A stretch of 64,000 nt of DNA from Blastocladiella emersonii ATCC 22665 (Eukaryota > Fungi > Blastocladiomycota), in the NCBI GenBank assembly GCA_025594325.1, contig JANHCV010000002.1, positions 62,001-126,000 on the forward strand, given 5' to 3'. The position numbers and the translations under genes were made by a program. Under the pieces are notes generated by a model. The model saw nothing but the letters and a program-made list of their open reading frames with translations, was not told where the DNA came from and did not search any database. This document shows, piece by piece, positions 54,722-64,000 of the stretch (positions are counted from its first letter, which is position 1; each line of letters opens with the position of its first letter).

Positions 54722-54996
54722 GGTGCAACAAGTGTATGTTTGGTGCAACAAGTGTCTCGCGCGCGTGTGCAGCCACACGTCGTCGTTTCTGACAGAGAGC
54801 GAGGAGCGCAAGGTCGGGGCGAGGCGAAGGGGGAGAAGACTTCGAGACGGCGAAGCGGCCCACCTGGGCCCACGCCGGCTTCCCGTGCGTGTCCGTGGCG
54901 GCGCAGGACTTGCTTGAACAACGCAGCCGCGAGCCGCTGCGGCGCGTGTGGCGCAACGCGGAGTCGGTCGTTGTTGGTCGGGGCAACTAGGTTTGA

Positions 54997-56405
54997 CTAT
55001 TTATGTACAGCGAGGGACGGGTGTGGGGCGGCTTCACAGCGAACGGATGGGGGCGCGACTGACGAGTCCGTCTCGTGCAGCGCGGGCGGGTCGGCGGCGG
55101 ATACCTCGCCCCACTGCACGTGCAGCGACGCGGCCTCGGCTGCCGGGGCCGCCGCCGTGGACGACGCGATCGAGTCGGCCTCGTCGATCAGCTGGAGCCG
55201 TGCGCCAGCCGCCGGGAAGCCGCTGGAGCGCGGCGGCGTGCCAAACTCGGACGCGGCGACGAGCGTCGACGCGCCGTCCTCGTCGGCCACCGACCCGTGG
55301 CTCAGTGTGCCGGGGTTGGACCGCGACCCGCTATGGTGGGGCCCGCCGAGCACGAGCACCGAGTGGCGGTGCATCGACCCGTGGCTGCGCGGCGACGTGC
55401 CGAGCGTGCGCGGCGACGACGACGCATAGCTGCGGGGCGACGACGCGTACGTCGGCTTCTTGGACACGGGGTCGATGATCAGCACCGCCGCCGGGTCGTA
55501 CAGCGTCGACGCCGTGGTCGCCATGGACCGCGTCGACCGGGCGAGGGGGACCTGCGACGTTGGCGCCGCGCTGCGCGAGCGGCCGAGGCCGCTGCCGGCG
55601 CTGCTGACACCCACGTCGCTGCCAAACGTGGCCGAGTCGGTGGACGGGCGCGAGCGGCGCGCCGCCGTCGAGCTCGTCGACGCGCGCGGGCCCGTAGCGG
55701 CCTCGGCGGGCGTGTCGCTGGCCGTCGCGTCGAGGCTGTACGGCAGCGTGAAGTACCACGCGAAGGCGAGCCCGACGAGGATTGCGTCCTTGATGAACCA
55801 CGCGAGCGCCGTGGTGCCGGCCTCAGGGAAGAAGTTGGGCGGCAGCAGACTGAGCGTCAGCACCTCGCTCGCAACCAGGATCCCGACCGCCGCAAACTGC
55901 AGCGTGCGGTACCAGATGCCGGTGCGGGTCGAGCGCTACACGCATGGGCGGGAGAGTAAGCCGCCTTGTTCATCTCACGCTCCGTTGTTTGAGCAACAAC
56001 AACAACGACGCACCAGGACCAGCTCGCGGAACGCCACCCAGGCCACGACCGCGGCGTTGACGGCGAACACGGCGCACCACAGCGCGAGCACGGCCGTCGT
56101 CAGGGTCTGGTCGCCGGCCTCGGTGCCCGTCAGCGTGCGCGCGTCCTCGGCGTCGTGCGGCAGCGCCGACCGCGCGTCGCCGTTGGCCGCCCGCCCCGAT
56201 GCCGACTGCACCAGGTAGTACCCGTTGAGCCCGAGGTACCCGAGCGAGAGCAGCTACATTCCCGCCAAAGGTCAGGCATGGGCTGGACCGGGAGTCGAGC
56301 GTGCAGGCGTCGTACGAGGGTCGCGAGGTAGATGAGGTAGCGCACGGGCTGCGGCCGGCGGCCCTTGAGCGGGCCCGCGTCCATCTCGAGGTCGGTCGGA
56401 TGCAT
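54997..56405 (-). CDS. 4-TM membrane protein with Ser/Thr-rich tail, tandem copy B (introns 56254-56315, 55936-56013)
   Basis: Paralog of 53417-54721 with canonical GT-AG introns. The start is ATG 56405 or 56384. Confidence 0.75.
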
Positions 56406-56846
56406 GGCGGGTCGGTCGATTGCGGCAGGTGCGCCTGCGCTTTCCGTGCGAGTGTGGGTCGGGAAGCGAGTTGGAGCGAAGGGGGAGAGTTTGGGAGCAG
56501 CCAGCGTGAACCCCCCCACGCCGCAGCCGCCGGATCCCTTGTTCGCGGCAGATCGGGGTGCGCGGGCACTCCATCGAGTTTTTCGGCGCGCCGAGTCTCC
56601 AAATCGAAACTTAAATTTCCGCCTCGCGCCTTGGCTGTCGATCCAGGCAGGTCGCCTCGCTCCTCGCTCCCACCGTCGGGCCATGGCATAGAAACGGGCT
56701 TGTACGTGTGTAGTAACGAAACGAGAGGGGAGGGAAACTGACAGAGGGGGGAGGGTGTGGGTGGTGGGGGTCGCGCGAGAGCAAAACCGCGAATCGAATC
56801 ATAGGATGAGGGAGGATGCTGAGCGCACGCAAGAGCGCCGAGCAGC

Positions 56847-59282
56847 TCAGTGTCTGCGCGGGGCCGCCACGGGCACGGCGCCGGGGACCGTGGGCGGGAT
56901 GGCCGTGGTGAGGTGGTCGAGCGCCTTCTTGTACGTCTGCTCGGCGCCCTTGAGCTTGTCGTGCAGCCGCGACTTGAGCGACCGCACGTCGGCCAGATAC
57001 TTGCCGCCGCCCGCGAGCGACAGCTGCGTCTCGGACCCCTCGAGCTCGCGCTCGAGCCACTGCCGCAGCGACAGCGTGTCCTTGAAGTCGGTCTTGAACT
57101 GCGCGTGCCGCAGCGACACCTGGTTGCTCCGCTTGAACCGGTTGCTTTGGTACCAGTACGTGGCGAATGCGTGGCACGAGAGTGGGAAGGAGAGGGGTGC
57201 GGGCGGTGAGTACTCGGCTGCCCATGTCCAGCAAACACAAGAAAGAAGCAACGTACTCGGCCACAATGAACGCGTTGAGGAACCGGATCCGCTGCAGTAT
57301 GCGCAGCGCGTTGAGAATGTCTCTCAGCGGCGACACCTGCTTGACCATGTTGGACCCGATCAGGTTGTCGAGCGCCTCGTAGAACTCGCGCGGCTGGTTC
57401 TGCACCGAGTGCTCGTGCAGCTGCGCCACGAGCTGCACCCACTCGTGGTTGTACCGCACCTCGGGCAGCGCCTCGATCACCGACTGCACGTTGGCGTCTA
57501 CACGCGCGCGAGCAACACCGTCAGCCACCGTCCCCGCGTCCACCGACAAGGCCCGTGAGCAACGTACGCGAGTGGGCGTCGCCGGCCATGGCAATCAGCC
57601 ACAGCGCGCCGATCGCGAGCGCGTTCCAGTCGTTGACCTGCTGGGCAAAGTCGTGCGTGACGAGGTGCGCCACGTTGGAGCAGAAGCCCGTGTAGTCCTT
57701 GAGCTCGAGGCACCGCAGGAAGTCGCGCGCGAGGTCGTTGTACGACTTTTCCTCTTCCTCCTCGTCGTCCACCTCCTCGCCTTCGTCCTCTTCCTCGTCC
57801 TCCTCCTCGTCGTCGTCGACGCGGTCGTCATCGTCGAGATCCTCGCCGTCATCCTCGTCGTCCAGGTCCTCGTCGTCCTCCTCGTCGTCGTACAGCGACC
57901 CGTCGTCCAGGTCGTCATCGTCGTCGCCCTGGCCGTCGTCGTACAGGCTCGCGTCGTCGGGGTGCGCGTGCGCGTGCGGGTGGTGGGCGTGCGACCCGTT
58001 GGTGGCGGCGGGGGCAGGGACAGCCGCGGCAGCAGCGGCAACGGGCGCGGGCACGGCGGCGTGGGCCTGGGCGGCAGGGGCGGGCACCGGCGCGGCCTGC
58101 TGCTGAGGCAGCGGCGGAGGCTGGGCGTACTGCTGCTGCTGCTGCTGCGGGTGCGGGTGCTGGGCGTGAGGGTGCGGCTGCTGCTGGGGGTGGGGCTGCT
58201 GCGCGGCAGGATGAGGCTGCTGAGCATGCTGCTGCTGCTGCTGAGGTGGGTGGGCGTACTGCTGCTGCTGCTGCGGGTGCGGCTGCTGCTGCTGAGCAGG
58301 CGGGGGTGGATGGTGCTGGGCCTGCTGCGCCGGGGGCTGCTGCTGCGGCTGGCCCTGCGCCTGCGCCTGCTGGGCCTGGGCGGCCTGGGCAGCCTGGGCG
58401 GCCTGGGCGGCCTGCTGCTGCTGGGCCTGGGCGGCGGCGGCAGCGGCAGCAGCCTGCTGCTGCTTGAGCTGGGTCTGCTGGTTGGCGTGGTTGGTGAGGG
58501 TGTTCTGGGCGTGGATGAGCGACTTTTGGGCGGTTTCGAGCTGGGTGCGGAGCTGGCCGTTCTGGTCCTTGAGCTTGACGCACTCGGAGCGCAGCTTGTC
58601 GCACTCGGCCTCCATGCCGCCCATGCTGGCCGAGAATTTGGCGCGCAGCGAGTGGAAGTCGGCCTCGAGCTTGCGCCTGCGGGCGTTCTCCTCACGGGCG
58701 AGCTCGAGCTCCTTGCGGATGGACCCGAGCGTGGCCTTGAAGTCGCTGAGGTCCTTGCGCAGCTCCACGACCTCGGCGTCGAGGAGCGTGGTCTCGTGCT
58801 CCTTGGCGAGCAGGGCCTTTTCGGCGGCCACCTTGTCCTCCTCGAGCTTGCGGCCGACCTCGACGAGGCGGCGGCCGGCGCGGCGCGTGAGCGACAGGGT
58901 GATGGAGATGTTGTAGATCTCGCGCTGCAGGCGCTCAATAGCCTTAAGCACGTCCGGGGTGACGCCGTCGGCGGGCAGGGCAAGCTCGGCGGTCAGGTCG
59001 CGCGAAAAGGACGAGAAGTTGGCCACCTCCTCGGGCGGCGGCGGCGGGACCGTGGTGGCCAGCGTCGACACGGCGCCGTTGGGCGGGGCGGCCGACGGGC
59101 CGCGCTTGGACACGGGCGACACGGGCATCTTGTCGGCGGCGGAGGAGCCGGCCTTGTCGCCCGACGCGGCGGTCGACACGGGCGGCGGCGCGCCTCGCCG
59201 CTTACCGTGGTTGGCCTGTGGCGAGGTAGGGAGTGTGAGCCGGGATCGGAGGTGCGTGCGCACAGGTGAGCGCGCGTACCAT
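56847..59282 (-). CDS. Uncharacterised protein: coiled coil, Q/A/P/H-rich tract, acidic tract, helical C-terminal domain; 4 exons (introns 59216-59279, 57498-57567, about 57146-57256)
   Basis: GCCGCC-ATG|GTACGC gives an ATG-only first exon spliced in frame to ANHGKRR. The last intron is inferred to use an AAG acceptor. Confidence 0.65.
58120..58480 (-). repeat. CAG-rich polyQ/QA/QPH coding repeat tract
   Basis: Runs of (CTG)n on the plus strand encoding QQQQ, AQAAQAAQAAQAQQ and PHPQQQQQ(Q)YA twice. Confidence 0.85.
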
Positions 59283-60129
59283 GGCGGCAGGTTAAGGAGG
59301 TGGTTCGTTGTTGCTGGCGAGTGAGCGAGTCGGCGCGGCAGAGTCGCGGGCAGCGCAATGGAGGCAGCGGCGCGGGCGAGTCGGCGCGGATCGCGGTCGC
59401 ACGCGGCAGCTCGGCACGAGCAACGGCGTGGGCGGGGACCGGGAGCGTCGCGGGCACGGGCGGGTGCGGCCGGGGCTGGGTGAATGCAGTGCCCACTGCG
59501 TGTATGCACTCGCGCTCGGCAGGCGGGGCGGGCAGACGGTGGCGGTGCGCGGGGAGTGCGGGTCGCGCGGTCAGGAGCAGCTACGTGGGGCGCGTTGCAG
59601 CAAGTCGCCGTGCGGGACGAGCAGTCTGGCGCGGTGGTCGGTGCAGATCCGAGCGGGAGCGCGAGCGCACGGCACGGCGCGGCGCCCGTCGCGAAGGGAG
59701 AGAGAAAAAAGTGTTTTGGGCCACGAAGCGCATCACCTGCCCCTCACGCGCGCCACACGTGCGTCTCGCACCCGCGCCCGCGAGACGCCGGGCCACGCGT
59801 CGCGACGCGTCGCTTTCTTGCCTTGTCTCCCCCGCCGCCCGCTGCCGCGAACTGCCACTTTGCATGCCGCACCGCTCGCCCGCGCTCGGGTCCGTGGGAG
59901 GCGTTTCGCCGCCTTGCCTTGCCTGTTCGGGACGCGCACCCCGCACTGCGGCCTGCTTGGCTCCACGATCCCGGACATGGGTCGTGCATATTCGCGATTC
60001 CCGGCCGCGCCCAGGGGGGACACGCCTACCCTGTCGACACGCGCGCCCCGTTGCTCTTACGCAATCGAAGCGCAACGGATCCCCATGCATCGCCCCATGA
60101 GTTAGTGCAACCGACGCTACAACCACACC

Positions 60130-63100
60130 ATGGCCCCCGTGCCCCATCACCCACCGCCGCCGCCGCCGCCGGCCCAGGCCGCGCAGGCGCAGGCAATGGC
60201 GGCGCAGCAGCAGGGCCAGGCGCCCAGCGCCGCCAAGGCCAACATCGACAACATCCTCGCCCAGCTCACCGAGCTCGAGGTCTCGTTCAAGCAGGAGATG
60301 GAGCCGCAGGACGAGCTCGACGCCGCCAACCGTGCCGACGCGGCCGCGCTCGCGCAGTACCTCCCCACCGGCCTCAACCGCTCCGGCTCGATCTCGTCCG
60401 ACGCGCGCCACCGCACGCAGACGGTACGCTTCCTCCTCGTGCTTTCAGTACGATCCACCCGCTCACCGGCAGCGATCCTCGCGTAGGCGCCCGAACCATC
60501 CCGTAAACAGGGTGGTGACACCGACGACGAGGACCTGTCGCCCAACTCGCTGCAGCGCAAGCGGTCCCTGTCGAGCGCCATCGCCGCGACCAAGCCCGGC
60601 ACGGCGCCCGCCGCCATCAACACGGCCGACTCGATCGTGCGCCGTGGCCTCGAGACGGCACGCCGCGGCTCGACCCCCGCCACCCCCATCTCCGTGTCCA
60701 CGGCCGCGGTCCGCAGTACCGCATCCGGGCCTGCGTCGCCCCGCCGCGCCAGCTCGCCGCTCGTCCAGGCCGCCCCGTACCAGCGTGGCCCGCTCAAGGT
60801 CGACACGGTGCGGAACCAGCAGGCCGCTGCCGCCGCCCGTCCTACTTTCCAGCCCAACCTGAGCACCGACATTGACCTGTCCGAGTCGCGCGCCCCGGGA
60901 TCTCGCGACGACGACGACGCGAGCCCGCCCGTATCGCCGCGCGGGAGCCTCGCGGCCATGCGCAAGGTCACGCAGCTGCGCTCGCAGTTTGACCCGCCCG
61001 CGGCCACCACGACAGCGGCTGCGCGGGGCCCGATCCGTGTCGCTCCACCACCGCCCGCGCCGCCGTCCGACGACGGGTCCGTCGGCGACGACGTGCCGCC
61101 CGCATCGCCCAACCCGTCGGGCAAGGTCCGCTCGCTCAAGTCCATGTTTGAGGCGCCGGCCGCTGCCGCGACGTCTTCCTCGTCGTCATCTTCGGCTGCG
61201 TACGAGACGGCGCGCCGCGGCACCTTCTCGACGCACCGGCGCTCCCCGAGCAACTCGGCGTCGTCGAGTGCCACCGCCGCGAGTACCCCCTCACTCGCAC
61301 CCTCGCCAGCGCCCGCTCCCGCTACCGCCCCCGTCCCGGCACCCATCTCGACGACGGCGCAGCCCGCGCCGAGCCCGGCCGGCACGATCCGCAGCACGTA
61401 CTCGCCGCGCACCGCGACGCTGATCCGGCAGCACCAGCAGCAGCACCCGGCGAGCCCGACTCCGACCCCGTCCTCGGCGGCCTCGACCATCAACCGGTCG
61501 TCGGCCGCCTCGTCGCTGTCGGGGTCGTCCAACCACAGCTCCATGTCGCGGTCGACGCACAGCTCCATGTCGCGCGACGGCGGCGCGCCCATCATCTCGC
61601 CGCGGTACCTGCTCCCGGACGTGATCCCCATCGACCCGCCGCCGCTGTCGCCCGAGCCGGCCTCGCCCGTCCACCCGCCGCCCGTCGTGATCGCCGCCCA
61701 GCCCGCGCCCGAGGAGGAGGTCACGGAGAACGAGGTCGCCGATGGAGGTACCCTCGACGCGATCCCGCCGCCGCCCGTGCTCCAGAACCACCACATCCCC
61801 GGCACGCTGCTGCGCGACATGGTGCCCATCTCGCCCAGCAGCCCGAGCTCGGACGGCAGCGGCGAGGACGGCGATGGCGGCCACTGGCACTCGATCGCGT
61901 CCACGGTCATGTCCGACACGGCGCCCGGCAACGGTATCTCGCCCACCGGCTCCGCCGAGTACCCGTCGGGCAAGCGCGTGTCGTGGTCGTCGGACACGTT
62001 CAACTACGCCATGCCGACGCACCACCACCAGCCTCCCGCCGCGGCGCCCGCACCGGCATCGATGCCCGTCCCCGCTTCCGCGCGCCCGACGACGGGCGGT
62101 GCTCGGCTCGCGGGCGCGCGCCCCGCACGTACCGCACCGCCGGCCGTCAACACGACGCGTGCGGCGGACGCGAGCGACCTCGAGATCGGCGCGCTCGACT
62201 GGGACTGCGAGCAGACGCTGGCGCTCGGGTCGGCCGCGAGCACGATGCTGCGCCCGGGGATCCGCGTGTCGCACTCGCCGGTCCCGCGGAGCCCCGTCAT
62301 CGTATCCCCGCCGAGCCCCGGCGGCATCGGCGCCGCCGCGGCCAACGGGTCGGCGGGCCAGTCGCTCAGCTCCCTGTACGACAACCTGGTCCACGAGGCG
62401 GACGTGGTTTTGAGCCGGCGGCCGAGCCACACGGGCGCGGGCATCGGTGTTGGCGATCCGGGGAACGACGAGACGCCGCTGCCGTCGATGCCGGCGTCGC
62501 GCAAAGGGAGCACGAGCGTCACGGCGCAGCTCGTGGTCGAGCTGCCGTCGCTCACCAATCTGTTCCGGCACCTCGACCTCGACCTCGACGACGACCCGAG
62601 CCCGCCGCCGCCGCCGTCCGCCAGCAGCCCGGCGTCGGGCGGATCGCCGAACCCGGGCGGCGCCGCGGCGGGTGGGCGCAGGCAGTACGCGGGCCTGTCG
62701 CGGTTCGCCGAACCATCGACATCCCCCAAACAGCTGTCGCCCGGCTCCTCGTCGCCCGGGTCGCCCGCCGGCAGGCAGCACCGCAGCGGCAGCTCGCCGA
62801 GCGTGCACGGCCCGCGCCTCGCGATCGGTCCCTCGGCGATGGCGTCCGTCGGCCAGCAGCACCGCGCCGCGGCCCGGCTCCGCGGCATGTCGCTCCCGCA
62901 GAACTCGCTCAACCCGACGGCGCAGATCCTCGAGGCCGCGGGACCTGCGGCGCGCGCGGCCGCGATGGGCGTCATCCACTCAGCGTCCAACCTCGAGAGC
63001 GTGCCCATGTCGCCCGAGGTCGAGGCGGACGAGCCCGAGCTCGTCGCGGCGGCTCCCGCCAAGCCGGCGGCAACGGTCGCGGCCGTCCCGGCGCCCCCGG

Positions 63101-64000
63101 TTGCTGCAAAACCTGTCGAGGCGGCGGCGGCCAAGAAGCAGCCCGCGCCCGCGCCGAAACCCGCACCGGCGCCCGTCATCCCTACCAAGGTCACCGTGAA
63201 CCCGACGCCGGCCCCGCGCGCGCCCGCGAGCGACACTTCATCCTCATACTCGCCCGCGTCCGCCACGTCCTCCTTCTCCCCAAGCGCCGCGTCCTCGTCG
63301 AGCCCGAGCACCTCGAGCCCGCAATCCACCGTCTCGCCCGCGACGGCGCAGGGGTTCACGGGGCGGCAGACGCTCGTGTTCGAGGACATGCGGCTCGACG
63401 ACCTGGTCGAGGTGCAGGCGCTCGCCGAGCAGCTCGACGCGCTGTGGAACAGCGACGACGCGACCTCGGCCAACGCGTTCCGCCTCTCGACGCTGTTCCG
63501 GCCCACGGTCGTCGCTGACGAGTCGTCGTCGTCGCCCGCGGGGACGCCGCCGCCGTCGATGCCGCTGTTGCCCGACCCGCTCGCGATCCCCGCGACGCCG
63601 CCGCAGAAGCCTGTCATCGAGGCCGCCGCGCCCGTGGCGGCAGTCAAGCAGCCGGACGCGTCCGCGGCGGCGGCCATGGCGCGCACGGGGTCCGTGAGCC
63701 TCGGCAAGTCGGCGGCCGAGAAAGCCGAGCTGATGCGCCGCGCCGAGGAGAAGCGGGCGGCGGAACGCGCGGCGGCGGCCGTGGCCGAGACGCCCGGGAT
63801 CGCGACGGACCCGCGCGTGACGCGGGCACTGGCCCGGCTCGCCGCCGCGCAGGTCCAAAAAGTCGCGGTGCGCGTTTACATCCACGACGCGGCCATGTTC
63901 AAGACGGTCGAGGTGACGTCGGTCATGTCAGCGGGCGTGGTGGCCGAGGCGGTAGTGGAGCGCGCGATGCTCGACAACCGGCACGGGCAGTGGACGCTGT
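60130..64000 (+). CDS. Large low-complexity signalling protein, 3'-truncated by the window; a Ras-association-like domain begins at the end (intron 60424-60486)
   Basis: The frame appears open from 60487 to the window end. The last residues KVAVRVYIHDAAMFKTVEVTSVMSAGVVAEAVV...WTL resemble the start of an RA/ubiquitin-like fold. Confidence 0.65.

Noticed and set aside
1-64000. CRISPR arrays, rRNA or prokaryotic operons
   Set aside because: None seen; the sequence is eukaryotic and has no repeat-spacer periodicity.

Overview
This is a gene-dense, very GC-rich eukaryotic window. Its spliceosomal introns are short, mostly about 55-80 nt, with GTRNGY-type donors, CTRAY/CTCAC branch sites and YAG acceptors. 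Three cilium-associated genes (fungal-type TPPP/p25alpha, DNAAF1, ENKD1) together with fungal housekeeping genes point to a zoosporic fungus such as Allomyces or another Blastocladiomycota; this is an inference. About 20 host genes were rebuilt exon by exon: Doa10/MARCH6, TPPP, ARF6, DAHP synthase, CKS1, DNAAF1, a Rap1-like protein, exportin-T, CEM1/OXSM, a class-C-like GPCR, POP1, MRPL16, ENKD1, TDP1, an MpaB/rubber-oxygenase-like protein, a tandem 4-TM pair and several orphans. The most unusual regions are these. (1) A complete 3,245-bp PIF/Harbinger transposon (15-bp TIRs, TAA TSD) lies between two paralogous orphan genes, one of them frameshifted. (2) An AT-richer island of about 2.6 kb at 42.8-45.4 kb holds a 1,002-bp inverted copy of the middle of the Doa10 gene. 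The copy is identical for about 925 bp and then carries five synonymous changes. It sits 70 bp upstream of a tRNA-Leu(CAA) and is bracketed by an imperfect inverted repeat. (3) A GPCR has the architecture periplasmic-binding domain + 7TM + PH-like tail. (4) A Rap1-like telomere protein carries a 17-Cys insert with four CxxCxxC motifs. Most other long ORFs in the track are antisense or off-frame shadows caused by the high GC content.
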